This document shows, one piece after another, positions 1-11,240 of a DNA stretch of 64,000 nt. The stretch lies in contig NC_058368.1 of assembly GCF_018350175.1 (NCBI RefSeq), forward strand, positions 104,782,001 to 104,846,000, written 5' to 3'. A model generated the notes under the pieces. The model saw only the letters and a program-made list of their open reading frames with translations. It was not told the origin of the DNA and ran no database searches. The DNA is from Felis catus (lineage: Eukaryota). How positions within the stretch are numbered: position 1 is the first letter of the stretch; each line of letters opens with the position of its first letter. The position numbers were made by a program, and so were the translations under genes.

Positions 1-432
1 AGTTTCTTGTACATCAGTGTATATATTATGTTCAGAACTGTTGTTAATTGAGGATAAAGAAAGGTCCTTAGAAAGAAGATGTCAATAGTCCGATGCTGGT
101 ACTTTTGTAAATATGAATATGTGTTCCAAAATTTAGGCTCCTTGGTTCAGGAAAGCTGTTGTGGTAACATAACTGTTATGTCCTAACTGTTCTTTTTACA
201 TGTTGACTGATCAAGGTTACTTCCATGGTAATTAAAATTTACCACCTGTTGCCTTTAAATCAGAAGTAAAATTGATATTTTCAATGCTTAGTATGTTTAT
301 TTTTCTCTGATATCTGGTACGCAAATAATCAGTACTTGCTCAGAAAATGTTGGGGAGAAATATTGGTCATAACTGAAAATTCACAAACATTTTGGTATTA
401 AATCAAATAGTAATATGGTATATAATTTGTGT

Positions 433-577
433 CCATTATGTTAGAATTATAATCCTATAATTCTATAATTAGAATTAGATTCTATAATTCTATATAAGTC
501 TATAATTAGAATTATTATAATATAGAATTCTATAATTCTATAATTTTATAATTAGAATTATAATTCTAACATAATGG
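433..577. repeat. AT-rich palindrome / inverted repeat
   Basis: ccattatgttagaattataat (433-453) is the exact reverse complement of 557-577. The interior is built from tataattc/gaattata units. Confidence 0.9.
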
Positions 578-1138
578 TATTTTGGACTATGAACAGCTTG
601 CGCTTAAAACCTAGTATTCTTTATTAAGAGGATTAGGCAGTGGAATTTCATATAATACAGTTGCTCTTCTAAATTTCACAGTTAAAACTTTGGTTTTCTG
701 GCTAGCTCGTTGCCGCGCGTGTAATTGTGGCTACTTCCTGTCTCTTCGTACTCCCTTTTGCTTTGAAAAACGTGAGGGGGAATCAAAGTGCAACTGAATT
801 TTAATGCCCAAAGTATTACGTTTAGAGAAAGGAAAGAATAGTTTTAAAAATTAGCAGGATCGGATGACAACACAAATTCAGCCTCATTTCATACATTACT
901 ATTTTCTGAAACTAGTTTGAAGGGATTTCAAGCCATTTGGATAAAACGGTTTTAAGAATTCTTACTTGCTTATAATTGGAATCGGGGAGATTACTGTTTA
1001 TCTTGTTGAAACTACTTGTTTTAGGCTTGTGATCTCTTGGCTGTCCCTAAAACAGCATTTCCAGGACTAGTCCCTTGTGCTGCCTGTGCACAGAACATTC
1101 TGTGTGAAAGAGCCTTTTTATTGTATCTTCAACAGGGA

Positions 1139-1169
1139 GTGTGTGTGTGTGTGTGTGTGTGTGCGTGCG

Positions 1170-1204
<35 letters not shown>
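1139..1204. repeat. Interrupted (GT)n microsatellite
   Basis: GT run, then gcgtgcgctc, then a second GT run. Confidence 0.95.
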
Positions 1205-1205
<1 letters not shown>

Positions 1206-2217
1206 TTTCTGCCCCTGAAAGGCTTCCAATTCCAATGGATAACTGTCTTGCAGGGTTTTGTTTTGCTTCTGCTGGAGATCAGGAGGAAAGTGGGCATTTT
1301 GTTCACATGCCGCAGAGGCAAATGTTTGGGATGTGGGATTTGGCTCACAGCCATTTTTCTGGCCGACTGACCTCAAATGCAATGTTGCTTTCATTAACTT
1401 TTCCAGCTTAAAAATCAGTTGCGCCTCCACATTTTGAAGAAAAAATAACTTTATTATATAAACTAGTGGCAATGAAAAGAGTGGACGTATTTGAAAAGTG
1501 AGATTTGTTACTAATTCCCTGGCAAGTATGTTGCAGTGGTTATTCAGAGTTAGTTTACGAAGAACTACGCCTGCCTCAAGCTGAGAGAACAGACCAGATG
1601 AGTGTTTGTGTGAAGAAAAGGCTACATGAGTTTCAGACTTTCCAGAACTGATTTAGGCCTTCTAGAAAACAAACTGTTGCCTTATTTTGGAGGTGAGGCT
1701 TTCTAAAACGTAACTTGTTGCTTTCTTTTGGAATTTACTGATTTTTGCATGAAGCTTCTAGAATTCTGAGGACACCTCTTCTTTCTGTCCTAGAATACGA
1801 TATTGATGCAAGGTTAAGTCTATTCTTTACAACTTATGTTTTGGCTTTAAAATGAACAAAAGCATAAATAAACACAGTCTTCAAAGGTGCTCTGAGGAAA
1901 ACATTTCTGATACCTTTTTTAAGCACATAAGTAAATGCTGTTCTGAGCTAGAGCGCTGTGTCTTGTTACCTGGGTTTTGTCTGCAGCAGTGGCTTTAATA
2001 TCACTTGTTCGAAGGTGTATAGTTTAATTACTCTAGGCCAAATAATTCCTGAAACAAAACGCACGCTCGAGTAATCTACTAAGTAGCACAGTTTATATGA
2101 CCTCCTTTCCAAAGATTCTATTTCTCTGTCCCCTCCTCTCTGGTTATTATTATGAACACAGTGGATGATATATATTAGATCCATAAAATGATTGCCTTGA
2201 TAATCAGACTAGTTGCT

Positions 2218-3900
2218 TGCATCGGTCAGGGTCCAATCCGGAGACAGAAACGACAGAAACTTTTTTTTAAGCAACCTTTTTTATTTTGGAACAGTTTTAG
2301 ATTTACGGAAAAGTTGCAAGATGGCAGAGAGTTACCATATGCCTGTATCCAGTTTTCCCCCTTGTTAATATCTTGCCATTAGTTTGTCAAACTGACATAT
2401 TGACACAGGGTTTATGAAACATTTTTAACTATAACAGGGGACTGGCATAATGAAGAATTGGCTAGTAGAATTAATAGCGCTCGAAAGAACACAGGAATAG
2501 CAGATTTAAGGAGCAGCCGCTACTTCTAGGGCTGAGACAGGATGTCCAAAAGGAATCCCCACTAGGGCTGGGATCCAGATGTTCTTAGAGAAGGTACACC
2601 ACAGGTCACCGAGCGGCAAGAGGCTGTACTATTCTGGTAGAACTTGATGGACATCTGCCCTCTGGAATTTGCTAGAAATCTGCACTATAGGATGTTTGGG
2701 AAAGCTGTTTGGGGAGAAGTGTCTTATGAGACGTGCTCTGCTACAGAAAAGGCCCAGAGGGATGCCAGCGGAAGTTGTTGGCTGACAGGTGCTGCTAGCC
2801 ACTAGCTAACTCACCTGCTAGCGTAGGAGCTGGGTGCTGAGAAGTGGCCCATGCTTCTGGGAGCCAGGAGCTGGGCTGGAGAAGCTGGTCGTGCTGCAGA
2901 AACTGGGCACCATGCAAGATGTAGGTGCTACGGAGCCGGATGCTGGAGAAGTGCCTCCCCCTGTGCTTGCTTGGCAGGAGCAGGGTGCTGGGGGAGCCAC
3001 CTGCCCTGTAGGAGTCAGTTGAGCTAGCAGGCTGGAACCACCAAAGAAAACTTTCCTCCTGCAGTGTCTCTCTAGCGCCCTCTACAGATTGCTTAACATT
3101 TGGTCAGTTGGCAAAGTAAAACTATTTAAAGGGCCTATATTGTCTTTTGTAGAGCACAGGTTAATGGATAAATTTAGCACCGAGAGCCAATAAACTGATA
3201 ACTACTGTTACACCCAGTCCTTTGTTTGCTGAGCTCCTCTCTGCCCATGTGTACACACATGCGAATTCTTGTACGTCAAGGAAACAGCCCTCCATTTCCA
3301 CCCAACAAGATGCAGCTCTCCGTCTTACAAGTGAAAACATTCTCACTCTCTTTCCGAAGTGAGGAGATAACAAGACCCAACAGTTACATAGCCATTATGG
3401 ATGACATGATTTTTTCCTCAAATTCTGTCACGGTTCCACTGAATAGTGTGTTTGCTGGACTAAAATTGACTTAGAACCGCTTGGATAGAAAATAAAGTGG
3501 AAAGAGAGGGGAAAACAGAAAATAGCATCTACAAACAAACACATACATAGAACAAATGGAAGATATTAAAAACTGCTGCAGGCCTCCTTGCTGTCATTTG
3601 TCACAAGGCTATAACTGTACATACGGCTTCCTCTTTCCACCCCTCATTCTGTATTTTCCCCCTCCTCCCTCACACCTCAGCTGCTTGGGGTTCTTTACCT
3701 GGTGGAGCAACCTCAACCTTTATCCCCCTTGAAGGATCTGAATCTCCAGTTGTCCTGCCCCCCCCTTTTTTTGGGTTGATTTCTCTGTTGACCTTTACTT
3801 CTGGGCATGGAAATACTTCTTAGGAACCCACGGAATCTCTTGGCTTCCAGACATGGTTCTCCTTTATCCTACTGTGCAACCCAATTTCTGCCTGATAATC
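2218..3900. mobile_element. Degenerate ERVL-class LTR with probable adjacent internal fragment, interrupted by an L1 3' fragment (~2270-2400, minus strand)
   Basis: The start tgcatcggtcagggtccaatccggagacagaaac and the segment tgcagtgtctctctagcgccctcta...gccaataaactgataact resemble old ERVL LTRs from memory. Boundaries are approximate. Confidence 0.45.
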
Positions 3901-4454
3901 AGGATCATTCACTCCAGATAATCAGATGGCAGTAAATCAATACCTGTCACACACAGCTATCTCTGGGTGTGTGTGTTTTTTCTTTACTAATGTACGTGGT
4001 AGAATAAGGAACAGGTACTTTCACAGGTGCAGGTTTACAAAGGCTTCCCTTGGAGATTTAATCTGACCGTTTACTTTGTCCATGGACGGATGGATTCCTG
4101 TCTGTGATGTACAGACAGTCTTCCTGGATCTCAATGTATTCTCTGTATTAAAAAAAAACAAACAAACAAGTGTGTCAGAAGACTGTACAAAGTTTCTTCC
4201 CCTGGAGTAAAATCATGATTTATTTGACTGAACTCAGACATATTGCTTCTTTTAAAATTTGATTAAATGATTTAAAAAAAAAAAACCTCACTCATATTTT
4301 ACTTTTATTGGCATTCTAATGCATACCCTAGCCTATATGACATCAATCTAACCTACCTCCATCTCTCCCTTCCCTCCTCTTCCCCCTCTCCCTTTTCCTC
4401 CCCCCAACATCCATCTCTCCATCCCTTCATCAATCTTCTATCCCTCTTCCTCTT

Positions 4455-5215
4455 TCAGGGCATGAAAAACAACTCCTAGAAGGCAGGCGCTGTGTGTTAT
4501 TAATCTCGTTAGCCTCCATTGTGCCTGGCATGTGGTTGGAGCAGAGTGAATGGTTGTTCTATTTAATTAGATTGAATGAGCTGTATGATTCCATGAAGGT
4601 CATCCGCATGTTCATGGTGTGAGCTTTCATTGAGTGATTGCTGTGTGCAAGGAACTGTATTGGATGCTGGGGATAAGGAAACGCATGTGGAGCTTTCGCT
4701 GGCCTCACAGAGCTCACGGCTTCGAGGCAGGTACACAGAACAGAGGTGGCTGGAGAAAGCCAAAAATGGCACTGGGTACGGGAGTGAGAACTGGATTTGG
4801 CATGAAGAGGAAAGAAGGGCTGGCAGAGATGTCAAGAGGTGTGTGGAATCAGGGAGCTAGTGGGCAAAGGTGGGGAGAGCTTGAGGGGGTTCGTATCTGA
4901 TGACCTTTCTTTGGGTAAACTGGCAACAGAGACAATCTGCCGACGTGAAAGGGTGCCGGAGTTGGGTCATAATGATGATGATGATGACGGTAATAGTCCT
5001 TGCGTCCTTGGCATGTGCACAGCATCACCGCAAGGGCTTTATAGGAGTCACGTTTAATACTCGTGGCAGACGTGACATGGGTACAATTCTTGTTCCTATT
5101 TTACTGATGAAGAAGCAGACGTGCCAAACAATTAAATGACTTGTCTCAGTTTAAACACCGACTAAATGGTGGAGGCATAGTCACATCCCCTTTATGGCCA
5201 GTCTTTTTAACCACA
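4455..5215. mobile_element. L2 and MIR fragments
   Basis: L2-like 3' end (gaaggcagg...tgcctggcatg...gattgaatga). MIR core (cctattttactgatgaagaag...attaaatgacttgtc). Confidence 0.55.
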
Positions 5216-5344
5216 AGGGTACAGTGCCTCGTGAAATTGGAAAGGAGGTTTGATTAAAGTGTCAAGGGTCCGTGGCCCTGAGAGGAATGAGAGCAGGAGG
5301 CAGGGGCTGACAGCACCAGACAAATGTGAAAATAAGCCTCCTGA

Positions 5345-5572
5345 GGGGCACCTGGGTGGCTCAGTCGGTTAAGCTTCAATTTCGGCTCAGGTCGTCATCT
5401 TGTGGTTTGTGATTTGAGCCCCGCGTCGGGCTCTGTGCTGACAGCTCAGAGACTGGAGTCTGCTTCGGATTCTGGATCTTCCTCTCTCTTTCTGCCCCTC
5501 CCCTGCTCATGCTCTGTCTCTCTGTCTTTTTTCTCTCAAAAATAAAAATAGTTTTTAAAAAAAAGAAAGAAA
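5345..5572 (+). mobile_element. Can-SINE (SINEC_Fc-like)
   Basis: ggggcacctgggtggctcagtcggttaagc head, CT-rich segment, A-rich tail. Confidence 0.93.
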
Positions 5573-7371
5573 AGCCCTCTGAGAGATGTCAAAGGCACAC
5601 TCTCAGAGATGATGAATTTTAAATGACACCCCTTTGGATGTTCTCATTTTGTAATTTTTCATTTCCTCATTTATAATATTAAGAATGTTGGGCAAATTAT
5701 ACTTACGATCCCTTTCCAACCTGTGATTCTATGTGTGGTTTTCTCTAATACTTACATATATGCAATCCCTGAGACCTTTCTTTGTTTTGGAAACCCTTTA
5801 AAGCTTTTGCATGAGTAGCAGTAACACATTTGTTCTCTCAATCTATATAATCCTGTTTATGATTTTTCTAAACGTCTATAGAGAAATGTGTTTCTCCTCT
5901 GGCTATAGGGCACTTCCAGGATGCAAGGGAGAGCCCTAAATCAACCAGTAGCCCGCAAATAGCTTTCAAAGCTTGTTCCGCAGGCTTCTGAAATGAGTAC
6001 CAAGTAGAGGCAAACCTGGAAATTAATTTCGGTTTAGAAATTCGAAACTGGGGCTTATTTAGCCACCGATAGCGTTTCTGGTTAAATGTACTTGGAAGCA
6101 GTAAAAATATGCCTGGGAGGCAAGACTAGCTCAAACATTTTCAGGTACAACATTAGGAACACTGATAACCTTTTATATAAAGCAGGCGTGCTGTGCAGCA
6201 GGGAGTAAGTAATAAGACTTTGCCTGCGGGATATTCCGATCGGGGAATCCATTTGAAGGATAGCGCAAGCCAGAAATCGTGAGACACAAAAAGCTGGCTT
6301 ATTCCCCAGCAAGGTCTGCTGCAAAGCTCTATCGACTGGACACAATAGTCGGATCGATGGTGTCTGGGAAGAGAAGACGCTCAGAACCCAGTCCTCACAG
6401 TGAGTCGTTAACATGCCCAATCGCGCTGTCAGAATTACTTTAGAAATCGGGTTGATGAAGCAGCAGGACTAAGAGATCTTTTGGGCTCACTGGCGTGGGG
6501 GCAGGGGCATTGATGACAGGTGGGAAGGACGGAGCTGGGAAGGGTTCATCAGACCCGCCTGAAGGCAGTTTCGCTGATGGACTGCCCACATCTTTCCATA
6601 GAGGTCATGAGCACAAAATGCGGACTTGGCCTTTCCGAAGGACGCTGAAAACTGGGCTGTTCTCGGTTTCTCTCTGGAGGGTCAGGGAACCTCCTCCCCC
6701 TGCTCCCTCTAAACCCCGTGTTGGAGCTGAATTGCAGGAGTCCTGGCTGCTGTCCTTTCGGTGCTGTTTCTGGGCCTCACGTTCCTCGTGCTGAAATAAG
6801 GATGAGACGATCTAACCGTGAGGATTAGATGACCCCGTAGCTGTTCCCTGCTCGGCATTGTACCTGGTACTTACTTGCGATTCTTTGTGTGACAGATGTG
6901 GCTTCCACTAGACTTCAGTGTGTGGGTGGAACAGTGGATGGAGACGCTCGTTGTGGACATCTTGTTTAGTCCTGGAGGCCACCCCCTTGCTTAGCAGAAG
7001 CCTCTCTCTGTCCACAGTTGCTGGGCACGAGGTCCCCCAGACAGAGCCCTGGTGCAGTTTCCTGCATTATTCTCCACCTCCGGACGTGGATGTCCTTACC
7101 AGATGGATTCATGTCTGGTTTACATTCTGGCTTACTGAGAACACTGTAGACGTTTACGTTACTTGCGCTAGTCCACACGCGGCGGCTGTTAAAGACCAGG
7201 CTTGGCTGTCATGTTACTAAACTCCGTTCCGTATCATGTATTCATGTGTTTCCTTTTTCTTTTCTTTTCTTTCCTTTTTTTTTTTTTTTTCTTTTGGCTT
7301 TCTTCAATATCCCTCCACATCTGCTTATCAGAAAATCTTGGTTCAACCTCAAAATATAAAAAGATCTAAGC

Positions 7372-7560
7372 TTTTATTTAAAAAAAAATTTAACGTTTAT
7401 TTATTTTTGAGAGAGACAGACAGACAGAGACAGAGAGCAAGTGGGGGAGGGGCAGAGCGAGAGGGAACCACAGCATCCGAAGCAGGCTCCAGGCTCTGTG
7501 CTGACAGCTCAGAGCCTGACACAGGGCTCGAACTCATAGACTGTGAGATCATGACCTGAG
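7372..7560 (-). mobile_element. Can-SINE, 5'-truncated
   Basis: Reverse-strand SINE body ends at atcatgacctgag; the tRNA-like head is missing. Confidence 0.9.
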
Positions 7561-7856
7561 TGCTACCTCTCCAATCCATGTCACTGCCCTCTTTTAATCG
7601 GTGCTCACCCAATAGCCTCTGATGCTACACCTAATTGGGCCCAACTGGGGTCAGTTCTCTGTAGTGACCCCAGAGTGACCTTGCAAAACTGTTCTATAAA
7701 ACAGAACTCCCCAGTATTTCCCAAGATGGAATCATCGCCAAAGCTCTTTTTGACCTGTCCCACCCCTATGCCATCTATCCCTTGTCATCACACTTTCTCT
7801 CTGGGTATCGTACTACCCAGCCCTCTCCCTTCCTCTCATGGGACACACTGGTTTCA

Positions 7857-8060
7857 AAAAAATTTTTTTTTAATGTTTATTTATTTTTGAGAGTGCGAGC
7901 AGAGGAGGGGCAGAGAGAGAGGGAGACACCGAATCCGAAACAGGCTCCAGGCGCTGAGCTGTCAGCACAGAGCCCAACGTGGGGCTTGAGTCCACAGACT
8001 GCAAGATCGTGACCTGAGTTAAAGTCAGACGCTTAACCAACTGAGCCACCCAGGCGTCCC
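7857..8060 (-). mobile_element. Can-SINE with 13-bp TSD
   Basis: TSD cacactggtttca at 7844-7856 and 8061-8073. Confidence 0.95.
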
Positions 8061-8084
8061 CACACTGGTTTCATTTCTCCCTTT

Positions 8085-8415
8085 GCCCTCGATCTTCCTT
8101 CAACCTGGAATACTCTTCTCCCTAGATCTTTATGTGGCTGGCTTCTTGAGGCCAATCAGGTCTCAGCTTTCCCCAACCTTTATATATAAAGAGTATTCCC
8201 CATGATTCTTGATCACATCTCCTTTTTAATTTTTTTATGGCACTGAAAATATCTTGTTTTGTTTTCTTTTGTTTTGGGACTGTCTTTCCTTCTGGGACGT
8301 AGGGCCCCTAAAATTTTGTCTGTTGTTTTCACTGCTCTGTAGCTAATTTACTCACTTAATGTCCAGCACAGTACTGGGCACACAGTAATGCTCAATATAT
8401 ATTTGTGAAAGGGAG
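8085..8415 (+). mobile_element. L2 3' fragment
   Basis: cctggaatactcttctcccctagatct...cagcacagtactgggcacacagtaatgctcaatatatatttg is typical of an L2 3' end. Confidence 0.65.
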
Positions 8416-9579
8416 GAATAAAGGCATAAATGTTCCAGGAATAGTAACGGATATAAAAGCGAGACATGAGAGATGAATAAGACTCTGACTCTTTGTTCAA
8501 GGAGCTTTCAGTTTAACAGGGATTGGAAGTATGTGCCCAAATATATAAGCAAAATATCCAGAGAAGTTAAGAAGGAAGTGATCATAAGTCTTCTAGAGAA
8601 AGGGTATGACCCTATGAAGGGTTCTTCTCTTCAGTGGCCTTAAGATAGTTTGGGTTCCTGTGGCTCTTGGCTATGTGTAGAGAGGGCCCATTCTTCCTTG
8701 GTGACTTAGCAGAAGATTCCTTGTCCATAAACAGTCACCTGCAGTGAAATCATAGACGCCAGGTGACATGTACTCGATGTGGTTTCCATGAACTATTAGG
8801 CAGTGGGGATGTGGGAGCTCCTTGGCCTCAGGAGAGGGAAAGCTATAGTACCAACATCAAGGTTACTACTTGTAGAGGGGTGAGGCTTCTGACACAGCGG
8901 CCTCAAGACTAAGAAAGGTGTTTGTAAGTCCGCCCTCATTCCAGCAGGTAACGCCGAACGGTTCTGCCATCTAAACTTCTGCGTATTATGTCTCAAGGTG
9001 GGGATTTTGTATGACAATGTGGAACTTAGTGAAATGTGTACCACAATGGAGTAGGAGCAGTAAGAAATTAGACAAAGAAATTCAGACTACAAATTATTTG
9101 CAATCACACAGCAACCAGTTTCTGACAGCACAAATGTGTTTCCTGGCTGTTGTGCTGAGAGTGAAATAATGATATGTATTAGGCGGTCCCGAAGCCTTAT
9201 TTGTCACCATACCTGTAAAATGGGTGTGCTGACACTTGAGTTTAGTAGAACTACTTACATTTCATCTTACGGAGTTATGTTGTTAATTGGATAAAATATT
9301 TAAGTGCTGTGGTGTATTATGTAGTCCGGTATCTTTCGCCAATTATACATGATTTCTTATTGTTTGCGATTGTATGAGAGAATTTTTTTAAAACACGTGA
9401 AAATTTCTTCAAGGCAAACAAGAAAAGGGGCCCGTCACTGTGTTTTTCTTTCTTTTGTCAAAATCATCTTTTAATTCATCGACAACTTCATTGATTTTTA
9501 AAAGTTTGAACATTTGTACCTGTATACTAGAGAAATTAATCACATTTGCCATGTTTAAACTAAAAACGCAAAGAAAGTA

Positions 9580-9683
9580 GGGGCACCTGGGTGGCTTAGT
9601 CACTTGAGTGTCTGACTCTTGATTTCGTCTCAGATCATGATCCCAGGAATATGAGATCACGCTGAGCGTAGAGCCTGCTTAAG

Positions 9684-9738
<55 letters not shown>

Positions 9739-9783
9739 CTGTCCCTCTTCCCCACACTCTCTCCCTGAAATATTCTTTGAAAA
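9580..9783 (+). mobile_element. Older Can-SINE with expanded (CT)n
   Basis: ggggcacctgggtggcttag head, about 50 bp of (CT)n at 9686-9735, flanking agaaagta repeat. Confidence 0.88.
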
Positions 9784-10129
9784 GTATAGAAAGTAATAAG
9801 TGATAAAGACTATTCCAACAGAATAAAATAGAAGAGGTTGCAAGAGAAGCCTAGCTCTTGAATCATAAATGATAGGATCATCTTAAACCTCTGCGAAAGC
9901 CTAATGTTTTACTACTCACCACTATTCCACAAAACTAGTGAAAGTAACTTCCAAAGAAAGTTTAAATTTCAATGGAACTGCTTGCACTGGATGTTGGTAT
10001 CTAAATTGTGAAGTTTTGTTCATACATTGAAGAAAAGCAGCCCCTTAAAAAAAAAAAACCTTATGCTGTAAAATTAGTAATACATAAATCACATTTATCC
10101 ATGTTATCCATTAGTTCTCAGAATAATTA

Positions 10130-11240
10130 GACCACATCAAAGTGAAAAACTTCTTCAAGACAGAAAATGTCTTAAGCAAAGTTAAATAGAAGCAGGGATG
10201 GGAAAAGATTTTTGCAATGTATAAAGCAAATGATTAGTATATGGAATTCATGAAGAATTCCCACAAGTCAATAAGAAAAACCCCTCAACTTTAGAATGGG
10301 CAGCACAGTAAGATAATTTAGAGACCAGGAAACCCGATCGGCTAATAAGTTTATGAGAATACGCTTCTCTTTGTCATAATCAGCGAAGTGCATAGTAAAT
10401 GAACAAGATGTCATTTTTTGCCATCAGATCGGCAAAAGTTAAGAAGTCTGTCAGCACCGCATGTTGGCAAGGATGTGAAAGGAAGATTCCATATACCGCT
10501 CCCATGAGGGTAAATTGGCAGAGTAACTTTAGAGAGCAATTTTCCTGTCTCGAGAGTAAAATTCTAATTTGTGTGCACCATAGGATCCAGGAATTCTACT
10601 CCTACTCCTTTGTCATTTGTCTACAGACCTTGCAGAAACCTTTGCTTTGCTTAAACTGGGGGATCTATTCTTTCCATCTTTGTAACAGTGAAAATTTGGG
10701 AACAACAGATAATGGCCATGAATAAGGAGAAATAGAAGTTTGTTACAGGCTGTTAATATGGAGGAATGCTGTGTAGCCATTCATTCCTATAAATTGATAT
10801 ACAGTATTCTGTGCTAGCAGATGTGTGATATTAATTGATCTCAATACCATCAGACAGGGCAGAAAAAGCAAGATGCACAGTGATGTATACATTTCATGTA
10901 AAACTAATAACTACATGAAATGATACAGTTTATTATTTCTGGACACACACAGACTAGCAGGATGCAGGTTAAAATCATGCGGTTACCTCTGAGGAAGGGG
11001 CAGGGAGAGACCTGGGAACCAGGCACAGAGAAGACAAAGGGGACTTCATCTCTCATATTTTATTTCTCGCATCAAATGATGAAGCAAAGGGGACGTAGCA
11101 TTCCCAACTGTTAATTCTAGGTTGTGTGTGCACGGGCCTTTGTTACAGTATTACTTGTAGTCTCCCATAGCTAAAAAAAAAAAAAAAAAAAAAAAAATTT
11201 TTTTTTTTTTTTTTCCCAAGAAAACTGTATATTTTCCAGA
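10130..11240 (+). mobile_element. Old L1 (L1M-type) ORF2-end/3'UTR fragment
   Basis: gggaaaagatttttgcaatg...aagtcaataagaaaaa...gttggcaaggatgtg resembles a degenerate L1 3' region. Confidence 0.6.

Noticed and set aside
1037..1472. Overlapping 78-141 aa ORFs with CVCVCV/HTHTHT runs
   Set aside because: They are translations of the (GT)n microsatellite.
5345..5430. tRNA-like A/B-box sequences at SINE heads
   Set aside because: They are tRNA-derived SINE heads followed by CT tracts and poly(A), not tRNA genes.
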